Shown: piece by piece, positions 1-12,800 of the stretch
How the letters are laid out: every line of letters begins with the position of its first letter
Numbering within the stretch: the stretch's first letter is position 1
NCBI RefSeq assembly: GCF_009834535.1
Contig: NC_045697.1
Span: 120,220,001-120,284,000 of the forward strand
Direction: 5' to 3'
Source: Camelus ferus
Taxonomy: Eukaryota
Length of the DNA: 64,000 nucleotides
Notes under the pieces: generated by a model
What the model was told of the DNA's origin: nothing
Database searches by the model: none
What the model saw: the letters and a program-made list of their open reading frames with translations, nothing else
Position numbers and translations under genes: made by a program

Positions 1-109
1 CCCACATCTGGGATATCAGAAGATATCTTTGTGTGTCTGATTGAGATGGGTAAACAAACTCCACGCATTTTTCAGGGGGAATAGGTGTTCCAAGGCTGTA
101 GGACGTCGG

Positions 110-3100
110 GAAATTACCTCAAATTATCATTGGGTATAACTCGCTGCTGCTACGAATTACAGCCAAGCCCACAGATTTACCTCGCAGCTAGGCGTGTGAA
201 AAAAACTCACGGAAAATAAAAGACTTGTGCTATTAGAACCCAGGCGCTGCTGATATTTGTAGAATCCTCCCCACACTCAGGATAGCAGAACACAACTTTG
301 TGTGTGTCATGGTGTAGATAAATACACTCCAGGCATATTTCTTGGGGAACAGTTCTTCCCTGGTTTGGAGATGTTGCCTAATTACCTCCACTGCCAATGG
401 GGAGGGAATCTATACTTCTTCGCTTTGCAGACCATCTCCCAAATTTCCCTTACAGCCCTGCCTAAGAAAACACCTAGTGATGACAATATTAGTGATTCTA
501 TGAGAAACCCGGTGCTGCTGTCAGTTGGAGGCACAACACAGACTCAAAATTCCAGAGCAAGGATTTGCTTGGGGGAGGTGTGGAGCCCCACACCACACAG
601 ATGCATGGGGTCACAGATTTTCCTTGTTTATGAGAACTCTGCTAATTACCTCTACAGTCAATCTCTGGGCACTCGTTGCTACTTGGCTTTCCAGCCGAAC
701 CCACTGCTTTCCCTTGCAACCCTCCCTGGAAAACACTCAGAGATAATAAGTTAATGGTTCTATTGGAACAGAAGCACTGCAGACCGTTGTAGGAACCTCC
801 GCACACGCAGGATAACAGAACACTTTTTTTGTGTCTCATTGAGATGGTAAAAGCTCCACGCATGTTTCAGGGTGTACTGGTGTTCCTAGGTTGTGGGAGG
901 TCAGATACATCCCACTACAGCCCATGGGGAAGTACTCGCTCCTGCTTGGCTTTCCAGCCCATGCCCCAGGTTCCTTTGCAACCCAGCCTGAGAAAACAAT
1001 CAGGAAATGTAACTAAAGTTTCTATCATAACCCCGGTGATACAGTCTGTTGTAGGAACTTTCACACACACAGGATTCCCAAACATGGCATTGCTTGGAAG
1101 AATTTTGAAGCCCCAATCCACACACATGGCTCGCGGCACATGTATTTCCCTGTTAGGTAGAAGTCCGCTAATTACCTCCATAGTCCATCTCGGGGCACTC
1201 GCTGCTACTTGGATTTCCAGCCCAACCCCCATGTTTCCCTTGCAGCCCGGCCTGGTGTAACACAGAGTAAAAAGAAGCTATTGGTGATAATCGATCCCAT
1301 GCCCTGCTGACAATTGTGGAAACCTTCGAACACTCAGGATAACAGAACATATCTTTCTGTGTGTGATGGTGTAGGAAAACACACTCCAAGCTTTTTCTGG
1401 GGATCCAGGTTTTTGCAGGTTGGGAGATGTCGGCTACATTCCTTCAGTGCCCATGGGGTGGCACTGTCTTCTTCTACGTTTTCAAGCCCTACTACCAGCT
1501 TTCTTGCAGCCTGGACATGTGAAACACCCATGGATGACAAATAAGTGATTCTATCAGAACCCCGGCGTTGCTGTCTGTTGGAGGAACCTCCAAACCTTCA
1601 GGATTCTGGAACACGTCTTTGACTGTGGGGAGTTGTGGAACTCCAATCCACGCAGATGGATGAGGTCACAGATTTGTCCCTGTTAGGGAGAAGTCCGCTA
1701 ATTACCTCCACAGTGCACCTTGGGGCACTCACTTCTTCTTAGATTTTCAGTCAATCCCCAAGTTTTCACTTGCAGCCCTGCCTTGTTTAACACTCAGTGA
1801 TAATAAGCTAGGTTTCTATTGGAACCCAGGTGCTGCAGACAATTATATGTACTTCCCCACACTCAGAATAACAGAACACTACTTTGAGTGTCTGATTTAG
1901 ATAGGTAAACTAAATCCACGCATGTTTCATGTTGTATAGGCGTCCCTAGTTTGTGGGAGTTCGGATATATACATCCACTCTCCATGGGGAGTCACTTGCA
2001 TTTGCTTGGATTCCAGCAAAACCCCCAGCGGTCCCCCGCATCCCGGCCTGTGAAAACACTCAGGGAAAATAAGCTACAGTTTGTATAAAAACTAAGGCGC
2101 TTCTGACAGTTGTAGAAACCTCCCTACACTAAGGAAAACAGAACACAGCTTTGTGTGTGTGATGGAGTAGGAAAACACAGAAAGGCATGTCTCTGGGGTG
2201 CAGGTGTTTGCAGGATGGGAAATGTTGGCTAATTTCCTCCACAGCCCATGGGTAAGCACTCTATTCTTCTTCGATATCCAGCCCTAATCCAAGCATTCCC
2301 TTGCAGCCCGACCGAGGAAAACACCCAGGGATGACAAACTAATTCATTCTATCAGAACCAGGGCGCTTCTGTATGTTGGAGGAACCTCCAAACACTCAGG
2401 ATTCCGGAACACGGATTGCTTTTTGCGAATTGTGAAGTCCCAAAGCACACTCATTGCTGGGGCCCAAGATTTTCCCTTTTAGGGCCAAGTCCGCTAATTA
2501 CCTCAATAGCCCATCTTGGGGCACTTGCTGCTACTTGGATTTCCAGCCCAAACCCAAGATTTCCCTCTCAGCACGGCCTGGGAATACACACAGGGAAAAT
2601 AAGTTATTGGTTGTAATGGAACCCAGTCTCTACCTAACTTTGTACGAATCTTCCCACAACTAGTATAAAAGAAGAAAAATTTGTGTGTCTGATGGAGATG
2701 GGTAAACAAACTCCAAGCATGTATCAGGGTACTTAGGTGTTCCAAGGCTGTGGGACGTCAGAAAATTACCTCAAATTCTCATGGGGTGTTACTCGCTGCT
2801 GCTACGAATTACAGCCAAGCCCACAGTTTACCTCGCAGCCAGGCCTGTGAAAACAATCACGGAAAACTAAATACTGGTGCTACTAGAAACCAGGCGCTGC
2901 TGAAATTTGTAGAATACTCCGCACACGCAGGATAGCAGAACAAATTTAGTGTGTGTGATGGTGGAGGAAAATAAACTCCAGGCATGTTTCTGGGTTTACA
3001 GCTGTTCCCAGGTTTGGAGATGTTGCCTAATTACCTCCACTTCCAATGGGGAGGCACTCTATACTTCTTCGCTTTCCAGACCAACTCCCAGCTTTCATTT

Positions 3101-5150
3101 GAAGCCCGGCCTAAGAAAACAGCTAGGGATGACAATATTAGTGATTCTATCAGAACACCCGCTCTGCTGCGTTTTGGAGGTACAACACACACTCAAAATT
3201 CCGGAACATGGCTTTGCTTGGTGGAGGTTTGGGGACAAACACCACAAGATGCCTGGGGGCACAGTTTCTCTCTGTCTCGGAGAAGTCCGCTAATTACCTC
3301 TACAGTCAATTTCTGGGCAATCCTGTCTACTTGGCTTTCCAGCCGAACCCCTATTTTCCCTCGCAGCCCGCCCTGGAAAACACTCAGAGATTATAAGCTA
3401 GTGGTTCTATTGGAACCAAGGAACTGCAGACCGTTTTATGTACCTCCGCACACGCAGGATAACAGAACACTTTTTTTGTGTCTGATTGATACGTTAAAAA
3501 GTCCACGCGTGTTTCAGTGGGTACAGGTTTTCCCAGGTTGGGTGAGATCAGATTATTCCCATTAATGCACATATGGATGTAATCGCTCCTGCTTGGTTTT
3601 CCATCCCATCCCGCAGTTTCCCTTGCAACCCAGTCATAGAAAACACTCAGGAAATTTAGCTAAAATTTCTATTAGAACCCAGGCGCTGCTGACAGTTATA
3701 GAAACCTCCCCATACACAGTGTAACAGAGCACTCCTTTGTGTGTGTGATGGACCAAGAAAACACACTCCATGCATGTATCTGGGGTGCAGATGTAACTAG
3801 GTTTTGAGACGTTTGCTAAGTATCTCCACAGCCCAAGGGGAGGCACTCTGTTTTCTTCGTTTTCCAGCCCTACTCCCAGCTTTCCCTTGCAACCCGGGTT
3901 AGGAAAACACCCAGGGATGACAAACTAAGTGATTCTATCAGAACCCCGGCACTGCTGTCTGTTGGAGGAACCTCCACACACACAGGATTAACAAACACGT
4001 CTTTGCTTGGGGGAATTTTGAAGCCCCACTCCACACACATGGCTGAGGGCACAAGTTTTTCCCTGTTAGGTAGAAGTCCGCTAATTACCTCTACAGATCA
4101 TCGTGGGGCACTCGCTGCTTCTTGGATTTCCATCCCAACCACGAGGTTTCCCTTGCAGCCCGGCCTGGGGAAACACACAGGGAAAAGGTTCTACTGGTGC
4201 CATTAGAACACATGCGCTGCTTACAATTTTGGAAAACTTCGAACACTCATTATAACAGAGCACATCTTTCTGTGTGTTATGGAGTAGTAAAACACACTCC
4301 AGGCATTTTTCTGGAGATACAGTTTTTCCCAGGTTGGGAGATTTCAGCTAGATTCCTTCACTGACCATGGGGATGCATTGACTTCTTCTTCGTTTTCAAG
4401 CCCAACTTCCAAATTTCCCTTCCATCCCGGTCTTGGATTATAACAAGTGATGTAAGTCTAAGTGATTTTATCAGAGCTACGATGCTGCTGTCTAATTTAG
4501 GAACTCCCAGAAACTTAGGATTCTGGATGACGGCTATGCTTGGGGGTAGCTTTGGAGACCCACACCACAGTGATGGCTGGGGGCACTGGTTTTTCCCTGT
4601 TAGGGAGATTTCCGCTAATTACCTCCACAGTCCATCTCAGGTCACTCGTTTCTACATGGCTTTCCAGCGCAAGCGCAGCATTCCTTCGCAGGCCAGCCTG
4701 GGAAAACAAACAGGGATAATAAGCCAGTGGTTCTATTGGAACCCAGGTGCTGCAGAATATTGTAGGATACTCCCCACACACAGGAAAAGAGAACACCTCT
4801 TTGTGTGTCTCATGCAGTTTGGGAAAAAAACTTCACACGTGTTTCAGTGGGTTAAGTTGTTCCTAGTTAGTGGGAGTATGGGTAATTTCCTAAAATGCCC
4901 AAGGGGAGGCACTCGCTCCTGCTTGGCTTTCCAGCCCAACCCCCAGATATCCCTCTCAGCCCGGCCTGGGAATACACTCAGGGTTAATATGCTATTGGTT
5001 TTATTGGAACCCAGTCGCTACCTACCGTTTTAGGCTCCTTCCCACATCTGGGATAACAGAAGAAATCTTTGTGTGTCTGATGGAGATGGGTAAACAAACC
5101 CCACGCATGTTTCAGGGGGAAGAGTTGTTCCAAGGCTGTAGGACTTCGGG
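110..5150 (+). repeat. 19-monomer HOR variant (5,040 bp) = 10-mer (P1 Q1 R1 S1 T U V W X Y) + 9-mer (P Q R S X2 T2 U2 V2 Z)
   Basis: cccacatctggga at position 1 recurs at 5041 (period 5,040 = 19 x 265). Monomer order read from diagnostic motifs; the second P monomer starts at ~2762. Confidence 0.8.
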
Positions 5151-6475
5151 AAATTACCTTAAATTCTCATTGGGAATAACTCGCTGCTGCTACGAATTAC
5201 AGCCAAGCCCACAGATTTACCTCGCAGCTAGGCATGTGAAAAAAACTCACGGAAAATAAAAGACTTGTGCTATTAGAACCCAGACGCTGCTGATATTTGT
5301 AGAATCCTCCCCACAATCAGGATAGCAGAACACATCTTTGTGTGTGTCATGGTGTAGATAAATACACCCCAGGCATATTACTGGGGGTACAGCTGTTCCC
5401 AGGTTTGGAGATGTTGCCTAATTACCTCCACTGCCAATGGGGAAGTAATCCATACTTCTTCGTTTGCAGACCATCTCCCAAATTTCCCATACAGCCCAGC
5501 CTAATAAAACACCTAGTGATGACAATATTAGTGATTCTATGAGAAACCCGGCGCTGCTGTCTGTTGGAGGCACAACACAGACTCAAAATTCCGGAGCAAG
5601 AATTTGCTTGGGGGAGGTATGGAGCCCCACACCACACAGATGCATGGGGTCACAGAATTTCCTTGTTTATGAGAAGTGTGCTAATTACCTCTACAGTCAA
5701 TCTCTGGGCACTCGTTGCTACTTGGCTTTCCAGCCGAACCCACTGCTTTCCCTCACAACCCGCCCTGGAAAGTACTCAGAGATAAAATGCTTGTGTTCTA
5801 TTGGAACACAAGCACTGCAGACCGTTGTAGGTGCCTCCGCACACGCAGGATAACCGAACACTTTTTTTGTGTCTCATTGAGATGGTAAAAGCTCCACGCA
5901 TGTTTCAGTGTGTACTGGTGTTCCTAGGTTGTGGGAGGTCAGATAAATCCCACTACAGCCCATGGGGAAGTACTCACTCCTGCTTGGCTTTCCAGCCCAT
6001 GCCCCAGTTTCTTTTGCAACCCAGCCTGAGAAAACAATCAGGAAATATAGCTAATTTTCTATCTGAACCACGGTGCTGCAGTCTGTTCTAGGAAATTCCA
6101 CACACACATGATACACAAACACGGCAATTCTTGGAAGAATTTTGAAGACAAAAATACCACACATGCTTGGGGGAACAAGTTTTCCCCTTTTAGGACCAAG
6201 TCCGCTAATTACCTCCATAGTCCATCTCGAGGCACTCGTGGCTACTTGGATTTCCCGCCCAAACCCAAGCTTTCCCTCGCAGCCCGACCTGGGAAAACAC
6301 ACAGGGAAAATATGTTATTGGTTGTAATGGAACCCTGTCTCTACCTAACGTTATAGGAAACTTCCCACAGCTAGGATAAAAGAAGAAACATTTGTGTGTC
6401 TGATGGAGATGGGTAAACAAACTCCAAGCATTTATCAGGGGGCTTAGGTGTTCCATGGCTGTGGGACATCGGAAA
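5150..6475 (+). repeat. Truncated 5-monomer unit (P1 Q1 R1 S1 Y), lacking T U V W X
   Basis: After the S1 monomer (~5943) the next monomer (~6205) is Y-type (..aaacccaagctttccc..ctctacctaac..), followed by P at ~6475. The same arrangement occurs at ~30824-32147. Confidence 0.75.
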
Positions 6476-9385
6476 ATAACCTCAAATTCTCATGGGGAGT
6501 AACTCGCTGCTGCTACGAATTTCAGCCAAGCCCACAGCTTTACCTCGCAGCCAGGCCTGTGAAAACACTCATGGAAAACAAAATACTGGTACTACTAGAA
6601 CCCAAGCACTGCTGAAAGTTGTAGAATCCTCCCCACACTCAGGATAGCAGAACAAATTTTTGTGTGTGTGATTGTGTAGGAAAATACACTCCAGGCATTT
6701 TTCTGGGGGTACAGCTGTTCCCAAGTTTGGAGATGTCGCCTAATTACCTCCACTTCCAATGGGGAGGCACTCTATACTTCTTCGCTTTCCAGACTAACTC
6801 CCAGCTTTCCTTTGAAGCACGGCCTTAGAAAACAACTAGGGATGGCAATAGCAGTAATTCTATCAGAACCCCCGCTCTGCTGCCTGTTGGAGGTACAACA
6901 CACACTTAAAATTCCGGAAAATGGCTTTGTTTGGTGGAGGTTTGGAGACCAACACCACAGGATGACTGGGGGCACAGTTTCTCTCTGTCTGGGAGAAGCC
7001 CACTAATTACGTCTACAGTCAATTTCTGGGCAATCCTGGCTAATTGGCTTTCCAGCCGAACCCCCAGTTTCCCTCGCAGCCTGCCCAGGAAAACACTCAG
7101 TGATTATAAGCTAGTGGTTCTATTGGAAACCAGCCACTGCTGACCATTGTAGGAAGCTCCGCACACGCAGGATAACAGAACCCTTTTTTGGGGTCAGATT
7201 GAGATGGTAAAAACTCAACGCATGTTTCAGTGGGTACAGGTTTTCCTAGGTTGTGGGAGGTCAGATTATTCCCATTAATGCCAATGGGAATTAATCTTTC
7301 CTACTTGGATTTCCATTCCATCCCCCAGTTTCCCTTGCAACCCAGTCAGAGAAAGCAGTCAGGAAATTTAGCTAAAGTTTCTATTAGAACCCAGGCGCTG
7401 CTGACAATTTTAGAAACTTCCCCATACACAGGGTAACAGAACACTTCTTTCTGTGTTTGATGGAGTAGGAATACACTGTCCATGCATGTATATAGGTTTC
7501 AGGTGTAACCAGGTTTGGAGACGTTGGCTAAGTATCTCCACATCCCATGGGGTGGCACTCTGTTTTCTTCGTTTTCCAACACTACTCCCAGCTTTCCCTT
7601 GCAGCCCGGGTTAGGAAAACAACAAGGGATGACAAACTAAGTGATTCTATCAGAACTCCGTCGCTGCTGTCTTTTGGAGGAACCTCCACACACACAGGAT
7701 TCCCAAACACGGCTTTGCTTGGAAGAATTTTGAAGCCCCAAACCTACACATGGCTGGGGGCTCAAGTTTTTCCCTGTTAGTGAGAAGTCCGCTAATTAGC
7801 TCTACAGTCCATATCGGGCAAACCCTGCTACTTGGAATTCCAGCCCAAACCACATGTTTCCCTTCCAGCCCGGCCTGGGGTATCACATAGGAAAAGAAGC
7901 TATTTTTTCTATTCGAACCGATGCCCTGCTGACAAATGTGGAAAACTTCAAACACGCAGGATAACAGAACATACCTTTCTGTGTGTGATGGAGTAGGAAA
8001 ACACACCCCAAGCTTTTTTTGGGGATCCAGGTTTTCCCAGGTTGGGAGATGTCGGCTAGATTCCTTCAGTGCCCATGTGGTTGCACTGTTTTCTTCTACG
8101 TTTTCAAGACCAACTCCCAGCTTTCCCTTGCAGCCCGGACAAGTGAAACACCCATGGATGACAAATAAGTGATTCTGTCAAAACCCAGGCGTTGCTGTCT
8201 TTTGGAGGAACCTCCAAACCTTCAGGATTCTGTAACACGCCTTTGAGTGTGGGGAGTTGTGTAACCCCAATCCACGCAGATGGATGGGGTCACAGATTTG
8301 TCCCAGTTAGGGAGAAGTCTGCTAATTACCTCCACAGTGCATATTGGGGCACTCGCTTCTTCTTAGATTTTCAGTCTATCCCCCAGTTTTCCCTCGCAGC
8401 CCAACCTTGTAATACACTCAGTGATAATAAGCTAGGTTTCCATTGGAACCCAGGTGCTACAGACAATTGTAGGAACCTCCCCACACTCAGAATAACAGAA
8501 CAATAATTTGAGAGTCTGATTTAGATGGGTAAACTAAATCCACGCATGTTTCATGTTGTATAGGAGATCCTAGATTGTGGGAGTTCGGATAATTACATTC
8601 ACTGTCCATGGGGAGTCCCTTGCAGTTGCTTGGATTCCAGCCAAACCCCCAGCGTTCCCTCGAATCCCGGTCTGTGAAAACACACACGGAAAAAAAGTTA
8701 CAGTTTCTATAAGAACTAAGGCGCTCCTGAGAGTTGTAGAAACCTCCCTACACTAAGGAAAACAGAACATAACTTTGTGTGTTGATGGAGTAGGAAAACA
8801 CAGTAAGGCATGACTCTGGGTTGCAGGTGTTCGCAGGATGGGAAATGTTGGTTAATTACCTCCACTGCCCATGGGGGAGCACTCTCTTCTTCTTAGATAT
8901 CCAGCCCTAATCCTAGCATTCCCTTGCAGCCCGACCGTGGAAAACACCCAGGGATGTCAAACTAAATCATTCTATCAGAACCAGGGCGCTGCTGTATGTT
9001 GGAGGAATCTCCAAACACTCAGGATTCCGGAACACGGATTTGATTGGAAGAATTTTGAAGCCCCACAACACACTCATTCCTGGGGCCCAAGATTTCCCCT
9101 TTTAGGGCCAAGTCCACTAATTACCTCCATAGTCCATCTCGGGGCAATCGCAGCTACTTGGATTTCCAGCCCAAACCCAAGCTTTCACACACAGCCCGGC
9201 TTGGGAAAACACACAGGTAAAATATGTTATTGGTTATAATGGAACCCAGTCTCTACCTACAGTTGTAGGAACCTTCCCACAACTAGGATAAAAGAAGAAA
9301 CATTTGTGTGTCTGATGGAGATGGGTAAAAAATATCCAGGCATATTTCAGGGGGCTTAGGTGTTCCAAGGCTGTGGGACATCGGA
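6475..9385 (+). repeat. Intact 11-monomer HOR (~2,910 bp): P Q R S X2 T U V W X Y
   Basis: P monomer (ctcaaattctca(t/a)ggggagtaactcgctgc) at ~6475 and again at ~9385, with 10 distinct monomer types in between. Confidence 0.8.
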
Positions 9386-9806
9386 AATTTTCCTCAAATT
9401 CTCAAGGGGAGTAACTCGCTGCGGCTATGAATTACAGCCAAGCCCACAGATTTACCTCACAGCCAGGCTTGTGAAAAAAATCATGGAAAACAAAATACAG
9501 GTGCTACTAGAACAAAGGCTCTGCTGAAAGTTGTAGAATACTCCCCACACTCAGGATAGCAGAACAAATTTTTGTGTGTGTGATGGTGTAGAAAAATACA
9601 CACCAGGAGTGTTTCTGGTGTTACAGCTGTTCCCAGGTTTGGAGATGTCGCCTAATTAACTCCGCTTCTAATGGGGAGGCACACTTTACTTCCTCGCTTT
9701 CCCGACCAACTCCCAGCTTTCCTTTGAAGCACGTCATAAGAAAACACCTAGGGATGACAATAATAGAGATTCTATAAGAACCCCCGCTCTGCTTCCATTT
9801 GGAGGT

Positions 9807-12800
9807 ACAACACACACTCAAAATTACGGAACATGGATTTGTTTAGTGGAGGTATGGAGACCAACACCACAAGATGCCTGGGGGCACAGTTTCTCTCTGT
9901 TTGGGAGAATTCCACTCATTACCTCTACAGTCAATTTCTGGGCAATCCTAGCTACTTGGCTTTCCAGAACAACCACCAGTTTCCCTCGCAGCCCGCCCTG
10001 TATAACACTCAGAGTTTATAAGCTAGTGGTTCTATTATAACCCAGGCACTGCAGACCGTTGTAGGTAGCCCCGAACACGCAGGATAACAGAACACATTAT
10101 TTGTGTATGATTGAGATGGTAAAAACGCAACGAATGTTACATGGGATACAGGATTTCCTAGGTTGGGGAGGTCAGATTATTCACATTAATGCCCATGGGG
10201 AGATAATCGCTCCTGCTTGGATTTCCATCCCATCCCCCAGTTTCCCTTGCAACACAGTCAGAGAAAACAGTCAGGAAATTTTGCTAAAATTTCTATTAGA
10301 ACCCAGGCGCTGCTGACAGTTGTAGAAACTTCTACATACACAGTTTAACAGAACACTTCTTTGTGTGTGTGATTGAGTAGGAAAACAGAGTCCATGCATG
10401 TTTCTGGGGTGCAGGTGTAACCAGGATGTGAGACGTTGGCTAAGTATCTCCACAGCCCGTGGGGAGTCACTCTGTTTTTCTTCATTTTCCAGCCCTACTC
10501 ACAGCTTTCCCTTGCAGCCTGTGTTAGGAAAACACCTAGGGATGACAAAATAAGTGATTCTTTCAGAACCCCGGCGCTGCTATCTTTTGGAGGAACCTCC
10601 ACACACACTGGATTAACAAACACGTCTTTGCTTGGGGGAATTGTGAAGCCCCACTTCACACACATGGCTGAGGGCACAAGTTTTTCCCTGTTAGGTAGAT
10701 GTCCGCTAATTACCTCTACATACCATCGTGGGGCACTCGCTGCTACTTGGAATTCCATCCCAAACCCCAGGATTACCTTGCAGACCGGCCTGGGGAAACA
10801 CACAGGGAAAAGTATCTCATGGTGCTTTTAGAACACATGCGCTGATGACAATTGTCGAAAACTTCGAACACTCATGATAACAGAGCACATCTTTCTGTGT
10901 GTGATGGAGTAGTAAAACACAATCCAGGCATTTTTCTGGGGATCCAGTTTTTCCCATGTTGGGAGATGTTGGCTAGGTTCCGTCACTGCCCATGTTGATG
11001 AATTGACTTCTTCTTCGTTTTCAAGCCCAACTCCCAACTTTCCCTTGCATCCCGGTCTAGGATTATACCCAGGGATGACATTCTAAGTGATTTTATCAGA
11101 GCTAAGTTGCTGCTGTATTATTTAGGTACTTCCAGAAACTTAGGATTCTGGATCACTGCTATGCTTGGGGGTAGCTTTGGAGACCCACACAACAGAGATG
11201 GCTGGGGGCACAGAATTTTCCCTGTTAGGGAGATGTCCGCTAATTACCTCCTCTGTCCATTACAGGTCACTCGATTCTACATGGCTTTCCAGCGCAAGCG
11301 CATCATTCCCTCGCTGGCCGGCCTGGGAAAACAATCAGGGATAATAAGCCAGTGGTTCTATTGGAACCCAGGTACTGCAGAACATTGTAGGATACTCCCG
11401 ACACCCAGGAAAAGAGAACACTTCTTTGTGTGTCTCATGAAGTTTCGTAAAAAACTCCACGCGTGTTTCAGGGGTTAAAGTGTTGCTAGTTAGTGGGAGT
11501 TCGGGTAATTCCCTCCAATGCCCATTGGGAGGCACTCGCTCCTGCTTGGCTTTCAAGCCCAACCCCAGCTTTCCCTCTCAGCCTGGCCTCGGAAAACACT
11601 CATGGATTATATGCTATTGGTTGTATTTGAACCCAGTCGCTACCTACCATTGTAGGCTCCTTCCCACATCTAGGATCACAGAAGAAATCTTTGTGTGTCT
11701 GATGGAGATGGGTAAACAAAATCCACGCATGTTTCAGAGGGCACAGATGTTCCAAGGCTGTGGGACGTTGGAAAATTACCTCAAATTCTCATGGGGAGTA
11801 TCTCACTGCTGCTACGAAATTCAGCCAAACCCACAGCTTTTCCTCGCAGGTAGGTGTGTGAAAACACTCACGGAAAAGAAAATACTGGTGCTATTAGAAC
11901 CAAGGCGCTGCTGATATTTGTAGAAACTTCCCCAAACTCAGGATAGCAGAACACATCTTTGTGTGTGTGATGGTGTAGAGAAATACACTCCAGGCATATT
12001 TCTGGTGTTACAGCTCTTCCCAGGTTTGGAGATATCGCCTAATAATCTCCACTGTCAATGGGGAGGCTATCTATACTTCTTCGCTTTGCAGACCATCTCC
12101 CAAATTTCCCTTACAGCCCGGCCTAAGAAAGCACCTAGTGATGACAAAATTATTTATTCTATGGAAACCCATCGCTGCTGCCTGTTGGAGGTACAACACA
12201 AACTCAATATTCTGGAACATAGCTTTGCTTGGTGGAGGTGTGGAGACAAACACCACAAGATCCCTGGGGGCACATTTCTCTCTGTGAGAAGTCCGCTAAT
12301 TAACTCTACAGTCAATCTCTGGGCACTCGTTGCTACTTGGCTTTCAATCCGAACCCCCAGCTTTCCTTCGCTGCCCGCCCTGGAAAACACTCAGAGATAA
12401 TAAGTTAATGGTTCTATTTGAACTCAAGCACTGCAGACCGTTGTAGGAACCTCCGAACACGCAGGATAACAGAAAAATTTTTTGTGTCTCATTGAGATGG
12501 TAAAAGCTCCACGCATGTTTCAGGGTGTACTGCTGTTCCTAGGTTGTGGGAGGTCAGATACATCCCACTACAGCCCATGGGGAAGTACTCGCACCTGCTT
12601 GGCTTTCCAGCCCATCCCTCAGTTTCCTTTGCAACCCAGTATGAGAAAACAATCAGGAAATTTAGCTAAAGTTTCTATCAGAACCCCGGTGCTGCAGTCT
12701 GTTGTAGGAACTTCAACACACACAGGATTCCCAAACACGGCTTTGCTTGGAAGGGTTTTGAAGCCCCAATCCACAAACAAGGCTGGGGGCTCAAGTTTTT

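Noticed and set aside
290..330. Short (gt)n/(ca)n runs as microsatellites, and sub-monomer repeats such as acactcagg(g)ataa occurring twice per monomer
   Set aside because: The runs are only 3-5 units and are fixed parts of the monomer. The internal similarity is too short to support a smaller ancestral subunit by eye.
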